A stretch of 64,000 nucleotides of DNA. It comes from Candidatus Hydrogenedentota bacterium. GTDB taxonomy: Bacteria > Hydrogenedentota > Hydrogenedentia > Hydrogenedentales > SLHB01. Each line of letters begins with the position of its first letter. Within the stretch, counting starts at the first letter, position 1. Of this stretch, positions 21,623 through 33,712 are shown piece after piece. The position numbers were made by a program, and so were the translations under genes. Location of the stretch: NCBI GenBank assembly GCA_963668025.2, contig CAXXTH010000017.1:1024001-1088000 (forward strand). Reading direction: 5' to 3'. Below the pieces are notes generated by a model. That model searched no databases, had not been told where the DNA came from, and saw nothing but the letters and a program-made list of their open reading frames with translations.

Positions 21623-23743
21623 GTGGCACGACAATATCCGCTTGAAAAAACCCGTAATATCGGGATTATGGCCCATATCGACGCCGGTAAAACGACGGTC
21701 ACCGAGCGCATGCTCTACTACTCCGGCCGCATCCACCGCGTGGGCGAAGTCCACGACGGGACAGCGACCACGGACTATATGGTCCAAGAGCGCGAGCGCG
21801 GCATCACCATCACCTCAGCGGCGACCGCATGCATGTGGAAAGACTATCGGATTAACATTATCGATACGCCTGGCCACGTGGACTTCACCGCAGAGGTTGA
21901 ACGCTCGCTCCGGGTGCTGGATGGCGCTGTTGCGGTTTTTTGCGCAGTCGCGGGAGTGCAGCCTCAATCGGAAACCGTCTGGCACCAAGCCCAGCGATAC
22001 CGGGTGCCATGCATCGCGTTCATCAACAAGATGGACCGGGTCGGAGCGGATTTTCACCGCGCCGTGCGCACCATGCGGGAGCGTTTAGGCGCTCATCCGG
22101 TGCCGGTGCATTTGCCGATTGGAGCGGAAGATACGTTCGAGGGTGTGGTGGATTTGATCCGAATGCGCGCCCTTACCTGGGACGGAGAAGGCATTGACGC
22201 CAAAATACTCGAGTCCGAGGTGCCGGAAAATCTTCGCGAAGAGGCGGAAATCGCCAGGCATGACTTGATCGAGGCCGCGGCTGAGTTTGATGAGGTTGTC
22301 ATGGGGAAATATATCCATGAAGAGCCTATATCGGAAGAAGAACTCATGACGGCGTTGCGAAAAGGCACCATGGCTTCGCTGGATCCCGATAACACCCATA
22401 AGCCTATTTGCCCGGTAGTATGCGGTACGGCATTGCGGAATAAGGGCACCCGGCTGGTGCTGGATGCGGTCATTGATTACCTCCCGTCTCCGCTCGATGT
22501 GGGTGCGGTGACCGGAACGGACCCGGATAATGACGAGGTGTCGATAACACGCGAACCTGCGGATGATGCGCCTTTTTCGGCATTGGCATTCAAGATTTTA
22601 ACCGATCCCCATGTGGGAAGGCTGACGTTTATTCGAGTGTACTCGGGCACGGTGAAAGCCGGTGATATGGTGCTCAACATTCGAACAGGCCGAAAAGAAC
22701 GGCTTGGACGCCTCCTCGAGATGCATGCCGATGAACGCATTGACTTGGAAGAGTTGCGCGCCGGAGATATTGGCGCGGTGATCGGGGCCAAGAATACGAC
22801 GACCGGGGATACGCTGTGCGACCCGAAACATGAATTGGCCCTTATGCCGCTGACCTTCCCAGAGCCGGTGGTGCATGTGGCCATCGAGCCTAAGACGAAG
22901 GCGGACCAAGACCGGCTGTCGGACGCGCTGAACAAATTGAGCGACGAAGACCCGACGTTCCAGGTCCGAAGCGATGAAGAGACTGGGCAGACGATTATTG
23001 CCGGCATGGGTGAGCTTCACCTCGAGATCATCATTGACCGGATGTTTAGGGAATTTAACGTGGGCGCCAACGTGGGCAAACCCATGGTGGCGTATCGCGA
23101 AAGCATACGTAAGCGGGCGGAATCAGAAATCCGCTTTATACGGCAGACAGGCGGCCGTGGGCAGTATGGCCATGTGGTGGTCGCTGTCGAGCCTGGGGAG
23201 CCTAACTCCCACTTTACATTTGAAAATGCGACCGTCGGGGGCGTTGTTCCGAAAGAATACATCCCGGCCGTGGAGAAAGGGGCCAAGCAGGCCCTCGAAA
23301 GTGGAATCGTGGCGGGATATCCCATGGTGGATGTCAAAGTCACCCTCCTTTTCGGGTCTTATCACGAGGTGGATTCCTCGGAGATGGCCTTTATGACGGC
23401 GGCCTCGATGGCGGTCCGGGACGCGGCGCCAAAGGCGCAGCCGGTGCTCATTGAACCGGTGATGCGAATCGAGATTGTTTGCCCAGACGAGTATACGGGC
23501 GAAGTGATCAGCGATTTAAATGGCCGCCGCGGTCGGCTGGAGGGAATGGACCTTCAGGATAATATACGCAAAGTACATGGGTTTGTGCCGCTCGCGGAAA
23601 TGTTTGGGTATGCGAATGACATTCGTTCGCGGACCCAAGGCCGGGCGTCCCATAGCATGGATTTTGAACGGTACGAGGAAGTGCCTGCGGGCATTGCAAA
23701 CGAGATTATGGAACGGACAGGTAGTTCATTCCGGTTTAGATAA
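21623..23743 (+). CDS. fusA: Elongation factor G
   Basis: [23 protein letters not shown]. Confidence 0.99.
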   Translation: MARQYPLEKTRNIGIMAHIDAGKTTVTERMLYYSGRIHRVGEVHDGTATTDYMVQERERGITITSAATACMWKDYRINIIDTPGHVDFTAEVERSLRVLDGAVAVFCAVAGVQPQSETVWHQAQRYRVPCIAFINKMDRVGADFHRAVRTMRERLGAHPVPVHLPIGAEDTFEGVVDLIRMRALTWDGEGIDAKILESEVPENLREEAEIARHDLIEAAAEFDEVVMGKYIHEEPISEEELMTALRKGTMASLDPDNTHKPICPVVCGTALRNKGTRLVLDAVIDYLPSPLDVGAVTGTDPDNDEVSITREPADDAPFSALAFKILTDPHVGRLTFIRVYSGTVKAGDMVLNIRTGRKERLGRLLEMHADERIDLEELRAGDIGAVIGAKNTTTGDTLCDPKHELALMPLTFPEPVVHVAIEPKTKADQDRLSDALNKLSDEDPTFQVRSDEETGQTIIAGMGELHLEIIIDRMFREFNVGANVGKPMVAYRESIRKRAESEIRFIRQTGGRGQYGHVVVAVEPGEPNSHFTFENATVGGVVPKEYIPAVEKGAKQALESGIVAGYPMVDVKVTLLFGSYHEVDSSEMAFMTAASMAVRDAAPKAQPVLIEPVMRIEIVCPDEYTGEVISDLNGRRGRLEGMDLQDNIRKVHGFVPLAEMFGYANDIRSRTQGRASHSMDFERYEEVPAGIANEIMERTGSSFRFR

Positions 23744-23841
23744 GATTAAGCCCTATTGGGGCGGTAGGTTAAACCGCCTACGAATGATAACGTATTCGGG
23801 AAAGCCAGTCCCATTACGTGACGCGTTGAAGGAGATGCATC

Positions 23842-25035
23842 ATGGCCAAGGAGAAATTTGCGCGGACCAAGCCGCACGTGAACATCGGCACGATTGGGCA
23901 CGTCGACCATGGTAAGACGACGCTGACCAGCGGCATCACAAGGGTGCTGGCTGAGCAGGGTCATGCGAAGCTGATGGCGTTCGACCAGATCGACAAGGCT
24001 CCCGAAGAGAAAGAGCGCGGGATCACCATCTCCATCGCCCACGTCGAGTACGAGACCGATAAGCGCCACTATGCGCACGTGGACTGCCCCGGCCACGCGG
24101 ACTACATCAAGAACATGATCACCGGCGCGGCGCAAATGGACGGCGCGATCCTGGTGGTGGCGGCGGACGACGGCCCCATGGCCCAGACGCGCGAGCACAT
24201 CCTCTTGGCCCGCCAAGTGAACGTCCCAGCCATTGTGGTGTTTCTGAATAAAGTGGACATGGTGGACGACCCCGAGCTGCTCGACCTCGTGGAACTCGAG
24301 CTGCGCGAGCTGCTGACCAAATACAATTTCCCGGGAGATGATATCCCCATTATCCGCGGTTCAGCGCTGGCGGCGATGGAAGGCAACAACGAAGAGCTGG
24401 GCAAGAAAGCCATCATGCAGTTGATGGACGCGGTGGACAATTTTATCCCCACGCCCGAGCGCGCGCTCGATAAGCCATTCCTGATGCCGATGGAAGACGT
24501 GTTCACGATCACGGGCCGTGGTACGGTGGTGACGGGCCGCATCGAGCAAGGCATCGTCCATGTGCAAGACAAGGTCGAGCTAGTGGGCATCAAGCCTGAG
24601 ACGCAGAACTCGGTGGTGACGGGTGTGGAAATGTTCCGCAAGCTGCTGGACGAAGGGCAGGCGGGCGATAACGTGGGCTTGTTGCTTCGAGGCATCGACC
24701 GCACGAACGTCGAGCGCGGCATGGTGGTGGCCAAGCCGGGCAGCATCACCCCGCACACGAAATTCGAAGGCAACGTCTACGTATTGAAGAAAGAAGAAGG
24801 CGGCCGCCATACGCCGTTCTTTAATGGATACCGCCCGCAGTTTTACTTCCGCACGACGGACGTGACCGGGGCGTTGGACATGCCGGAAGGCGTGGAAATG
24901 GTGATGCCGGGCGACAGCGTGACGATTACGGCGGAATTGATTATGCCCATCGCCATGGATGAAGGCTTACGCTTCGCCATCCGCGAAGGCGGCCGTACGG
25001 TCGGCGCGGGCGTGGTCACGAAGATTTTGAAATAA
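23842..25035 (+). CDS. tuf: Elongation factor Tu
   Basis: [30 protein letters not shown]. Confidence 0.99.
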   Translation: MAKEKFARTKPHVNIGTIGHVDHGKTTLTSGITRVLAEQGHAKLMAFDQIDKAPEEKERGITISIAHVEYETDKRHYAHVDCPGHADYIKNMITGAAQMDGAILVVAADDGPMAQTREHILLARQVNVPAIVVFLNKVDMVDDPELLDLVELELRELLTKYNFPGDDIPIIRGSALAAMEGNNEELGKKAIMQLMDAVDNFIPTPERALDKPFLMPMEDVFTITGRGTVVTGRIEQGIVHVQDKVELVGIKPETQNSVVTGVEMFRKLLDEGQAGDNVGLLLRGIDRTNVERGMVVAKPGSITPHTKFEGNVYVLKKEEGGRHTPFFNGYRPQFYFRTTDVTGALDMPEGVEMVMPGDSVTITAELIMPIAMDEGLRFAIREGGRTVGAGVVTKILK

Positions 25036-25059
25036 CGAAGCAGGAGACCGGAAAAGGCC

Positions 25060-25371
25060 ATGGCTGGAACGCAAAAAATACGGATTAAGTTGAGGGCGTA
25101 CGATCACCGCTTGCTTGATGCCTCTACGCAAGAAATCGTGTCGGCAGCGCAGCGAACAGGGGCGGGAATCAATGGCCCCATTCCATTGCCGACGGCCATC
25201 ACCAAGTATACTGTGAATCGGTCCCCGCATGTGGACAAGAAATCGCGCGAGCAATTTGAAATGCGTACGCATAAGCGGCTTCTAGATATCGTGAATCCTA
25301 CGGCGCAGACGGTAGATGCGCTCATGCGCTTGGATCTGCCTGCAGGCGTGGATGTAGAGATTAAACAATAG
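25060..25371 (+). CDS. rpsJ: 30S ribosomal protein S10
   Basis: [21 protein letters not shown]. Confidence 0.99.
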   Translation: MAGTQKIRIKLRAYDHRLLDASTQEIVSAAQRTGAGINGPIPLPTAITKYTVNRSPHVDKKSREQFEMRTHKRLLDIVNPTAQTVDALMRLDLPAGVDVEIKQ

Positions 25372-25518
25372 CCCGAGAGGGAGACGGTGTTCCGGCGCAA
25401 TAGTGCTGGAGCCATCGCGGTATCGCACAGCGGGGTGAGGCCGAAAGAAAGGCCGAACCAGGGATGAGAGCGCCCCTCTTCAAGGTGGCGCAAGATACTG
25501 ACGAGGACATACACAACG

Positions 25519-26154
25519 ATGCTCACAGAATTGATGGGCAAGAAGCTGGGCATGACCCGCATCTTTGCCGACGATGGACAATGGATACCGGTAACGGTGC
25601 TCGAAGCGGGGCCGTGTACAGTCATCCAGTGCAAGACCCAGATGAGTGATGGCTATGAGGCCGTGCAACTGGGCTTTGGCGATATTAAAGAAAAGCACTG
25701 CAAAAAACCGCTTCTCGGCCATTTCGCCAAATCGGGAGTGGCCCCAAAACGCAACCTGCGCGAAGTTCGCGTGGACGCTTCGGCTGAATGGAAAGCCGGT
25801 GATGAAGTCCGCGCGGATATCTTCCAGGCTGGTGACCTTATTGATGTCATCGGCACTTCAAAAGGCAAGGGGTTCCAAGGCGTGCAAAAACGCCATGGGT
25901 TCAAAGGCGGCCCCGGAACGCACGGCTCAAACTTCCATCGCCGTCCTGGCTCGATTGGACAGAGCGCCGATCCTGCGGAAGTATATAAAGGCGTTGGACT
26001 TCCGGGACAAATGGGCAACGTGCGCGTCACGGCCAAAAACCTCCAAGTGGTGACGGTAGACACCGGCAAAAACTTGGTGCTGGTCCGTGGTACGGTGCCT
26101 GGTGCAAACGGCGGCTTGGTCGTGTTGCGCAAACGCGTGAAAGGAGCCAAGTAA
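25519..26154 (+). CDS. rplC: 50S ribosomal protein L3
   Basis: GKKLGMT, SKGKGFQG, HRRPGSIG. Confidence 0.99.
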   Translation: MLTELMGKKLGMTRIFADDGQWIPVTVLEAGPCTVIQCKTQMSDGYEAVQLGFGDIKEKHCKKPLLGHFAKSGVAPKRNLREVRVDASAEWKAGDEVRADIFQAGDLIDVIGTSKGKGFQGVQKRHGFKGGPGTHGSNFHRRPGSIGQSADPAEVYKGVGLPGQMGNVRVTAKNLQVVTVDTGKNLVLVRGTVPGANGGLVVLRKRVKGAK

Positions 26155-26156
26155 CC

Positions 26157-26813
26157 ATGGCATCGGCTATTATTTATAAGATGGATGGCACGGAAGCGGG
26201 CTCCACGGAATTGGATTCTCGCATCTTCGAAACCCCTGCAAATACCGTAGTGGTGCATGATGTGGCGGTGGCGCTTCGCAACGCGCAACGCCAGGGAAAT
26301 CATGAGACGAAGACACGCGCCCATGTCAGCGGCGGCGGCATTAAGCCTTACCGCCAAAAGGGCACGGGCAACGCCCGCCATGGCAGTACGCGCGAACCTC
26401 AAATGAAGGGCGGCGGCTCGGTGTGGGGTCCGCACAAACGCAGCTATCGCCAGAACGTCTCCATTCAGCTTCGCCGCCAAGCCTTGTGCGTCGTGCTCAG
26501 TGAACGGGTGCGAAAAGGCGTATTACGAATTCTCGATAACCTGGCGTTTGAAGCCCCCAAGACAAAAGATTTTGCCGCAATGGCCACTCGCCTGGCACCA
26601 GGGAAAGGCAAGACGCTCTTTATAATGGCGGAAGTGGATACGACGGTGCTGATGTCCGCACGGAATCTGCCCCGAGTGAACGTATGCACGGCAATGGATT
26701 TGAATGTGTTGGATGTGCTCGATGCGGGTCAAGTGGTGATCGTTCAAGACGCCTTATCGACACTAGGCGAGCGCCTGGCGAATATGAAGATCGGTAAGGA
26801 GCGCGAGCAATGA
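26157..26813 (+). CDS. rplD: 50S ribosomal protein L4
   Basis: KPYRQKGTGNARHGS. Confidence 0.99.
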   Translation: MASAIIYKMDGTEAGSTELDSRIFETPANTVVVHDVAVALRNAQRQGNHETKTRAHVSGGGIKPYRQKGTGNARHGSTREPQMKGGGSVWGPHKRSYRQNVSIQLRRQALCVVLSERVRKGVLRILDNLAFEAPKTKDFAAMATRLAPGKGKTLFIMAEVDTTVLMSARNLPRVNVCTAMDLNVLDVLDAGQVVIVQDALSTLGERLANMKIGKEREQ

Positions 26814-27094
26814 AATCCGACATCAATTACATTATAAAAGCCCCGATGCTGACGGAAGAATCGACTATACAGACCGAATCGAAGAATCAGTATGTGTTTC
26901 GGGTCGATCCCAAAGCGAATAAACATCAGATCCGGGATGCAGTGGAAAAGATTTGGTCTGTGAAAGTAATGTCTGTGAATACGATGAACTACCAGGGCAA
27001 AAAACGACGCAGGGGCCGCATCGAAGGCCGCAAGCCGGATTGGAAGAAGGCCGTGGTAACGTTGCGCAAGGGCGATTCGATCGAGCTGCTGTAA
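26810..27094 (+). CDS. rplW: 50S ribosomal protein L23
   Basis: ANKHQIRDAVE, WKKAVVTL. Confidence 0.98.
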   Translation: MKSDINYIIKAPMLTEESTIQTESKNQYVFRVDPKANKHQIRDAVEKIWSVKVMSVNTMNYQGKKRRRGRIEGRKPDWKKAVVTLRKGDSIELL

Positions 27095-27129
27095 GAGTTG
27101 ATCGGGCTTATCCGTTGGAGTGTTAAGGA

Positions 27130-27957
27130 ATGGGTGTGAAAAGATTCAATCCGGTGACCCCCTCTCGCCGGAATATGACGGTCTCGGACTTTGCCGAAGT
27201 GACCAAGAGCACACCGGAGAAGTCGCTGCTGAGGCCAAGAATGCAGAAGGCCGGCCGCAACAATCTGGGGCGTATCACCATGCGGCGGCGGGGTGGCGGC
27301 CATAAGCGTCGCTATCGGGATATAGATTTCCGGCGTGAAAAACAAGGCGTGCCCTGCAAAGTGGTTTCCGTTGAGTATGATCCGAATCGTTCGGCGCGTA
27401 TCGCCTTGGTTGCATATGCGGATGGTGAAAAGCGCTATATCGTGGCCCCGAAGGGCATCGAAGTAGGCGCCACGCTGCAAAGCGGACCGAAAGCGGAATA
27501 TCAGTTAGGAAACACGTTGCCATTATCGAGTATCCCTCTGGGCTCGATGGTGCATAATGTGGAGCTTACCCCGGGAAAAGGGGCGCAAATGGCCCGTTCC
27601 GCAGGGGCCGGGTGCCAGTTGCTGGCGAAAGAAGGACGGTTTGCCGCGTTGCGGCTTCCCTCGGGGGAGATGCGGCGGGTGTTCATCGAGTGCCAAGCGA
27701 CCGTAGGCCAGGTAGGAAATGAAGAGCATTCCAATTTAGACAAAGGTAAAGCGGGTCGTAACCGCTGGTTAGGACATAGGCCTAAAGTGCGCGGCGTAGC
27801 CATGAATCCGGTGGATCATCCACACGGAGGCGGTGAAGGGCGCACCTCGGGCGGACGGCATCCGGTGTCTCCGTGGGGCGTGCCCACGAAAGGGTACAAG
27901 ACCCGTTCCAAGAAGAAGAGTTCAAATCAGTTCATAATCAGGCGCCGCAAGGTCTAA
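27130..27957 (+). CDS. rplB: 50S ribosomal protein L2
   Basis: [25 protein letters not shown]. Confidence 0.99.
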   Translation: MGVKRFNPVTPSRRNMTVSDFAEVTKSTPEKSLLRPRMQKAGRNNLGRITMRRRGGGHKRRYRDIDFRREKQGVPCKVVSVEYDPNRSARIALVAYADGEKRYIVAPKGIEVGATLQSGPKAEYQLGNTLPLSSIPLGSMVHNVELTPGKGAQMARSAGAGCQLLAKEGRFAALRLPSGEMRRVFIECQATVGQVGNEEHSNLDKGKAGRNRWLGHRPKVRGVAMNPVDHPHGGGEGRTSGGRHPVSPWGVPTKGYKTRSKKKSSNQFIIRRRKV

Positions 27958-27982
27958 AGCGTCGAAGCAGGAGATAGATGCT

Positions 27983-28258
27983 GTGGCTCGTTCAGTAAAG
28001 AAAGGCCCGTTTATTGATGTGCACCTGATTGAGAAGGTGCAGAAGGCGCAAGTGGCGGGGGATCGCAAAGTGATCCGTACGTGGTCGCGCCGTTCCACGG
28101 TAGTGCCCGATATGATTGGGCTGACTGTGGCGGTACATAATGGGGCAAAGTTTATCCCGGTGTTTGTCACGGAGAACATGGTAGGGCACAAGTTAGGAGA
28201 ATTTTCTCCGACGCGCACTTTCCGTGGACACTCGGGCACGAAATCGGACAAGAAATAG
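27983..28258 (+). CDS. rpsS: 30S ribosomal protein S19
   Basis: [17 protein letters not shown]. Confidence 0.99.
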   Translation: MARSVKKGPFIDVHLIEKVQKAQVAGDRKVIRTWSRRSTVVPDMIGLTVAVHNGAKFIPVFVTENMVGHKLGEFSPTRTFRGHSGTKSDKK

Positions 28259-28309
28259 ACTAGACGGCAACCGTGGATGCATGGACTGTCCACGAAGGAG
28301 ATAAAGGTC

Positions 28310-28657
28310 ATGGCGAATGCCGTTGCGAAAGCGAAATACCTGCGAATTGCGCCGCGCAAGATGCGTTTGGTGGCGGATTTGGTGCGGGGCCGCAAGGTGG
28401 TGGAAGCCAAGGAGATACTGAACTTCACCCCGCGCGGCGGAGCGCCGTTGCTGAAGAAGGTATTGGATTCGGCGGTGGCGAACGCGGAGAGTAAAGCTGC
28501 GGAGACCCGCAAACGGATCGATACGGACGGCATGGTGGTTCGTGAGGTGCATATCGATGGTGGATTCACGATAAAGAGGATGCAGCCGGGCCCTCGAGGC
28601 CGGCGCTGCATGATTCGCAAGCGCACGAGTCATGTCATGTTGATTATCTCGGATTAA
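28310..28657 (+). CDS. rplV: 50S ribosomal protein L22
   Basis: PRKMRLVADLVRG, SAVANA; AAGGAG RBS before ATG 28310. Confidence 0.98.
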   Translation: MANAVAKAKYLRIAPRKMRLVADLVRGRKVVEAKEILNFTPRGGAPLLKKVLDSAVANAESKAAETRKRIDTDGMVVREVHIDGGFTIKRMQPGPRGRRCMIRKRTSHVMLIISD

Positions 28658-28714
28658 GGGACGTGGGTCTGGAGGACAGGCTTTAACAAGCTGGTTCCGG
28701 TTAAGGAGAGCGTT

Positions 28715-29419
28715 GTGGGTCAAAAAGTTCATCCCTTAGGCTATCGCCTGGGCGTGATTCGGACGTGGAGTTCGATATGGTATGCTGGGCGTGAATACGC
28801 GAATTTGCTTCATGAAGATTTGAAGCTGCGGGAGTATGTGAAAAAGCGCCTGTTTAACACAGGTGTGGCCAAAGTGGACATCGAACGCGCGGGCCACAAG
28901 GCGAAAGTGCATATTTACACCGCACGTCCCGGTTTGGTGATTGGCCAGCGGGGCGCGGAAGTGGATAAGCTGCGGTATGAACTCGAGCGGCTTACCGGGC
29001 GCGAACTCCTGATTAATATTCATGAAGTGTTAAGCCCGGAGTTGTGTTCGCAGCTTGTCGCGGAGTCGATTGCCGCACAAGTGCAACGCCGCGCTTCCTT
29101 CCGCCGTGCAATGAAAAAATCGGTGCAAAGCACGATGCGCTTAGGCGCAAAGGGCATTCGCGTCCGCATTGCGGGTCGGTTGAACGGTGCTGAAATTGCC
29201 CGCCAGGAGCAAGCGCGCGAAGGCAGCGTGCCGCTTCACACCTTGCGAGCCAATGTTGATTATGGATTTGCCATTGCGTATATGACCTACGGAACCATCG
29301 GCGTCAAGGTATGGATTTATCACGACGACGTGGAGCCTGGCCAAATGGTGACAGGGCCCACGGAAGCGCGCACGACGGCGGGCGGACGCCGCTCCCGCCC
29401 TGCTGGCGGCCGAAGCTAA
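28715..29419 (+). CDS. rpsC: 30S ribosomal protein S3
   Basis: [28 protein letters not shown]. Confidence 0.99.
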   Translation: MGQKVHPLGYRLGVIRTWSSIWYAGREYANLLHEDLKLREYVKKRLFNTGVAKVDIERAGHKAKVHIYTARPGLVIGQRGAEVDKLRYELERLTGRELLINIHEVLSPELCSQLVAESIAAQVQRRASFRRAMKKSVQSTMRLGAKGIRVRIAGRLNGAEIARQEQAREGSVPLHTLRANVDYGFAIAYMTYGTIGVKVWIYHDDVEPGQMVTGPTEARTTAGGRRSRPAGGRS

Positions 29420-29433
29420 GGAGAGCATGAACC

Positions 29434-29841
29434 ATGTTGATGCCGAAACGTACCAAGCACCGTAAAGTTCAGCGTGGCCGCCGTAGGGGCATGTCCAAAG
29501 GCGGACAGAATGTGGATTTTGGCGAATATGGCTTGAAGGCCATGCGCGACGGCTGGATAACCGCCCGCCAGATTGAGGCGGCTCGTATGGCGCTAACCCG
29601 CACGATTCGCCGTGGCGGAAAGGTGTGGATCCGGGTATTCCCGGACAAGCCCATCACGAAGAAGCCGGCTGAAACCCGCATGGGTAAAGGCAAAGGCGCC
29701 CCGGAAGAGTGGGTAGCCGTTGTAAAGCCTGGAAGGGTGATGTTCGAGTTGGAAGGGATTACCGAAGAGCTTGCGCGCGAAGCCGTGCGCTTAGCGGGCC
29801 ACAAACTTCCTATTGAGACGAAGTTCGTAAAGAGGGCCTAA
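29434..29841 (+). CDS. rplP: 50S ribosomal protein L16
   Basis: [12 protein letters not shown]. Confidence 0.99.
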   Translation: MLMPKRTKHRKVQRGRRRGMSKGGQNVDFGEYGLKAMRDGWITARQIEAARMALTRTIRRGGKVWIRVFPDKPITKKPAETRMGKGKGAPEEWVAVVKPGRVMFELEGITEELAREAVRLAGHKLPIETKFVKRA

Positions 29842-29880
29842 TACAGGGTTTGTGGCGGGCAGGCCGAATGGAGAAGATCG

Positions 29881-30090
29881 GTGAAAGCAAGTGAACTGCG
29901 AGAATTGACCGGTGAAGAGTTGCAGCAGCGGCTGCAGGAACGGACCGATACGATTCGGACTTTCCGGTTTCAGATGGCTACGAGCCATGTGGAGAATGTG
30001 CGCGGGGTGCGCAATGCCCGGCGGGATGTAGCGCGCATTAAAACGATCCTGCGTGAACGGGAACTGGCTGCAACCAAAGAGGCGAAGTGA
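29881..30090 (+). CDS. rpmC: 50S ribosomal protein L29
   Basis: KASELRE...RRDVARIKT; operon position. Confidence 0.97.
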   Translation: MKASELRELTGEELQQRLQERTDTIRTFRFQMATSHVENVRGVRNARRDVARIKTILRERELAATKEAK

Positions 30091-30353
30091 CGAAGATGGA
30101 AGAGCAAGGCCGCAGGAAAGAGCGCATAGGGCTAGTGACCAGCAACGCCATGGAAAAAACCGTGACGGTGAGTGTGGAACGCCTGGTGCCGCATCGCTTA
30201 TACAATAAAGCCATTAAACGCACGAAGAAATTTAAAGCCCATGATCAAGAAAACCAATGCAGCGTGGGCGACGTGGTGCGGATTCAGGAGACGCGGCCTT
30301 TGAGCAAGACCAAGCGGTGGCGCGTCGTGGAAATCGTTAAAAAGGTGGAATAG
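30087..30353 (+). CDS. rpsQ: 30S ribosomal protein S17
   Basis: [15 protein letters not shown]. Confidence 0.98.
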   Translation: MTKMEEQGRRKERIGLVTSNAMEKTVTVSVERLVPHRLYNKAIKRTKKFKAHDQENQCSVGDVVRIQETRPLSKTKRWRVVEIVKKVE

Positions 30354-30414
30354 CGCTGCGGCGCTGGCCGGAGCGGTGGGCCGCTGGGGCCTGACCAAGG
30401 CGGGATGGATACCC

Positions 30415-30783
30415 ATGATTCAGATTTATTCGAACCTCGATGTGGCGGATAACACAGGCGCGCGGCGCATCCGCTGTATACAAGTGATGGGCGGCACGCG
30501 ACGCCGGTATGGACGCTTAGGCGACATCATTACCGCGTCCGTCCGTGAGGCGCTGCCGAACTCGGCCGTCAAAAAAGGCGATATCGTGAAAGCGGTGATC
30601 GTTCGCACCAAAAAGGACACGCAGCGCCCGGATGGGACTGTGATCCGCTTTGATTCGAATGCGGCCGTGATCATTAATGCGCAAAAAGAGCCTCGTGGAA
30701 CACGTATTTTCGGGCCCGTGCCGCGTGAATTGCGTGATAAGGGTTATATGCGTATTGTTTCACTGGCGCCGGAAGTCGTTTGA
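30415..30783 (+). CDS. rplN: 50S ribosomal protein L14
   Basis: MIQ...[19 protein letters not shown]. Confidence 0.99.
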   Translation: MIQIYSNLDVADNTGARRIRCIQVMGGTRRRYGRLGDIITASVREALPNSAVKKGDIVKAVIVRTKKDTQRPDGTVIRFDSNAAVIINAQKEPRGTRIFGPVPRELRDKGYMRIVSLAPEVV

Positions 30784-30844
30784 GGAATAGAATCCCGCAG
30801 GCGGCCTCAACATCCGCTGGAGTGCGAGAAAAGGAAACAAGGCC

Positions 30845-31159
30845 ATGCATATCAGGAAAAACGACACCGTCGTGGTTATCACGGGAAAATATAAGGGACG
30901 CCGTGGGCGCGTATTGCGCGTGCTGGCGAAAGAAGACCGGCTTGTGGTGGAAGGCGTAAATATGATTAAAAAGCATATGCGCCCTCGTACGCAAAACCAG
31001 CAAGGCGGCATTGTGGAACGGGAAGGCACCATTCATATGTCGAATGTGATGCCGTGGTGTGAGACCGCAAGCCGCCCATCGCGGATCGTGATGAAGCGGC
31101 TGGAAGATGGCTCCCGTGTCCGCACGTATAAAGTCAACGGTGAAACGTTAAACGATTAG
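30845..31159 (+). CDS. rplX: 50S ribosomal protein L24
   Basis: KOW motif D.VVVITGK.KG; VEGVN. Confidence 0.98.
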   Translation: MHIRKNDTVVVITGKYKGRRGRVLRVLAKEDRLVVEGVNMIKKHMRPRTQNQQGGIVEREGTIHMSNVMPWCETASRPSRIVMKRLEDGSRVRTYKVNGETLND

Positions 31160-31288
31160 TGGACGGCAGTTGGCGCATCGGCGCAAGCGGATGCGGGGAA
31201 CGGTTGAAGGGCGGAGCGATCCGTAGCCAGCCAGGCGAGAATCCTGGCGTTTGGTCAGCGAGACGCTACGCGAAGAGAGGCAAGAACC

Positions 31289-31834
31289 GTGGCAGCAAGA
31301 TTACGAGAGCGGTATGTAACTGAAATCCGGCCCGCTATGCAGAAAGAATACAACCATAGCACCGTGATGGCAGTGCCCAAGCTGGACAAAATTGTCATTA
31401 ATATGGGCGTCGGCGAAGCGCAGACGGAGCCCCGGCTCCTGGATGCGGCCATAGTGGAGCTGGGCGCTATCACGGGCCAGAAAGCGGCTATCCGCAAAGC
31501 CCGCCGCTCGATTGCGGCGTTCAAAGTGCGCGAAGGCGCGAACAATGCATGCATGGTCACCCTTCGCGGCGATCGGATGTACGAATTTATGGACCGCATG
31601 CTGAACATCGCCATTCCGCGTATTCGTGACTTTCGCGGCATATCCCCTAAGAGTTTCGACCAGCAAGGGAATTTCACGCTGGGATTAAAAGAGCAGACGA
31701 TATTTCCTGAGATTGACATGGACAAAGTGGTCAAGGTCCGTGGAATGAACATTACGTTTGTAATTGGAAACTCGGCAAACATAGATGAGAATCGGGAACT
31801 GCTCCGCCGGTTCGGAATGCCTTTCAGAAACTAG
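31289..31834 (+). CDS. rplE: 50S ribosomal protein L5
   Basis: [25 protein letters not shown]. Confidence 0.99.
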   Translation: MAARLRERYVTEIRPAMQKEYNHSTVMAVPKLDKIVINMGVGEAQTEPRLLDAAIVELGAITGQKAAIRKARRSIAAFKVREGANNACMVTLRGDRMYEFMDRMLNIAIPRIRDFRGISPKSFDQQGNFTLGLKEQTIFPEIDMDKVVKVRGMNITFVIGNSANIDENRELLRRFGMPFRN

Positions 31835-31853
31835 GCGGACGGGAGTTTACATC

Positions 31854-32159
31854 GTGGCAAAGAAATGCAAATTCGAGAAAAAGAAGCGGTTGACGAAGCT
31901 GATTGTGCGCTATGCGGCGCGCCGCGAGCAGATCAAGACGGTGATCGCGAATCCCGAGTCGACCATGGAAGAGCGTTTGGCGGCGTATGGCAAGCTTGCT
32001 CGCATGCCGCGAGACTCGAGCCCGACGCGGCAGCGCAATCGGTGTGACCTTTCCGGACGGCCGCGGGGATACATGCGAAAATTCCGCTTATCGCGTATTG
32101 CGTTTCGCGAGCTTGCCCTTGAAGGGCAGTTGCCCGGCGTGACGAAGTCGAGCTGGTAG
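31854..32159 (+). CDS. rpsN: 30S ribosomal protein S14 (101-aa, Zn-independent type)
   Basis: GTG start; [24 protein letters not shown] lacks the CxxC pairs. Confidence 0.97.
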   Translation: MAKKCKFEKKKRLTKLIVRYAARREQIKTVIANPESTMEERLAAYGKLARMPRDSSPTRQRNRCDLSGRPRGYMRKFRLSRIAFRELALEGQLPGVTKSSW

Positions 32160-32198
32160 GATAGAGCGGATCAACGAAGTGTTTGAGGAACCATCACC

Positions 32199-32597
32199 AT
32201 GACGATGAGCGACCCTATTGCGGACCTGCTGACACGCGTACGGAATGCGTTGTCCACGGGGAACACCCGAGTGGATATTCCCGCCTCCACGATCAAAGAA
32301 GAGATCTGTAAAGTGTTGGAGCGGGAAGGGTATATTGAAGGCTATAAGAAGATCGAGACGGAACACCAAGGCGTCTTACAGGTGTCCTTGCGTTATACGT
32401 CCGACCGCAAGCCTGTAATCCAAGAAATACGGCGCATCAGCAAGCCAAGCCTCCGCGTTTATGTGAAGAGCGATGACATTAAGCAGGTTCGCACCGGGCT
32501 AGGTGTCTCCATTCTAAGCACTTCGCGCGGCCTTATGACCGGCAAGCAAGCCCGCCAAGAGAATATAGGCGGCGAGTTGTTGTGCGAGGTATGGTAG
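32199..32597 (+). CDS. rpsH: 30S ribosomal protein S8
   Basis: DPIADLLTR.RN, STSRG.MT, GGELLC. Confidence 0.99.
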   Translation: MTMSDPIADLLTRVRNALSTGNTRVDIPASTIKEEICKVLEREGYIEGYKKIETEHQGVLQVSLRYTSDRKPVIQEIRRISKPSLRVYVKSDDIKQVRTGLGVSILSTSRGLMTGKQARQENIGGELLCEVW

Positions 32598-32708
32598 GCG
32601 GCATCCGCCAAGGCAAGCCCGCTGGGCGTTCCGTTCAGCAAGGAGCTTGATAGGAACAGTTACTGAAGACCCTTCTAAATAGGGCGTGTAACGAAAGGAA
32701 CGAGAACC

Positions 32709-33248
32709 GTGTCACGTATAGGTAAACTTCCGGTGCCGGTGCCTGCCGGAGTAAAATGTGAACTTGCGGGCGCGCATATCACAGTGACGGGCCCAAAAGG
32801 TACGCTCGAGCGGACCTTGCACCCCGCTGTACAGGTGGCTCTTGATGAAGGGGCGTTGACGGTCTCCCGGCCCAATGACGAGCCTAAGAATCGGGCTCTG
32901 CATGGATTGACCCGCGCCTTGATCCAGAATATGGTGGCTGGCGTTACGCAAGGGTATGAGAAGACGCTCCAAATTGAAGGTGTTGGCTATCGCGCATCCA
33001 TGCAAGGCCAGACCCTTCAACTGTTGCTGGGATATAGCCATCCGGTGCTTGTAGAGCCTCCCGAGGGAATCACATTCGCCGTCGAAGGCACGCAGACCAT
33101 TAAAGTGGCTGGGATCAATAAAGAACTGGTTGGCCAGACCGCCGCAAATGTGCGGGCATGGCGTAAGCCGGAGCCGTATAAGGGCAAAGGCGTACGATAT
33201 AGTACGGAACGGGTCCGTCGTAAAGTGGGTAAAGCGGGTGTGAAATAA
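32709..33248 (+). CDS. rplF: 50S ribosomal protein L6
   Basis: SRIGK.P, PEPYKGKG. Confidence 0.99.
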   Translation: MSRIGKLPVPVPAGVKCELAGAHITVTGPKGTLERTLHPAVQVALDEGALTVSRPNDEPKNRALHGLTRALIQNMVAGVTQGYEKTLQIEGVGYRASMQGQTLQLLLGYSHPVLVEPPEGITFAVEGTQTIKVAGINKELVGQTAANVRAWRKPEPYKGKGVRYSTERVRRKVGKAGVK

Positions 33249-33308
33249 TCGTAGGCGGCTTCATCCGAAACTGGGATGCGGCAGACTATCGTGTGGAGAT
33301 ATAGGCGG

Positions 33309-33662
33309 ATGGCCAAGGGATTTACCAAACAAGAGCGGCTTGCCCGGCGGCATGAGCGGGTGCGAATACTCATTCAAGGAACGGCTGAACGCCCGCGCTT
33401 GACCGTGCGCCGTTCCAGTAAGCATATCTATGCCCAAATCATAGATGATTCCACGGGAACGACCCTTGCCGCGGCTTCATCCGTCGCGTTGAAGATCGTG
33501 GGTGGGAATGTGCAAGGGGCTAAGGCCGTTGGAAAAGCCATTGCGGAAAAAGCAGCAGCGGCGTCCATCGAATGTGTATGTTTTGATCGGGGCGGCCGTT
33601 TATATCACGGCCGCGTGAAAGCGCTGGCCGATGCAGCTCGAGAAGGCGGCCTGAAGTTCTAG
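33309..33662 (+). CDS. rplR: 50S ribosomal protein L18
   Basis: RPRL.V.RS.KHIYAQ, FDRGG..YHGRV. Confidence 0.98.
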   Translation: MAKGFTKQERLARRHERVRILIQGTAERPRLTVRRSSKHIYAQIIDDSTGTTLAAASSVALKIVGGNVQGAKAVGKAIAEKAAAASIECVCFDRGGRLYHGRVKALADAAREGGLKF

Positions 33663-33712
33663 TAGGAAGCAGCGTTCAGGAAACGAACCAGTATCGAGAT
33701 GGGAGAGCAAGG

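Noticed and set aside
23760-23781. Hairpin between fusA and tuf reading GTAGGCGGT...ACCGCC on the minus strand
   Set aside because: Single copy unlike either REP class; more likely an ordinary mRNA hairpin
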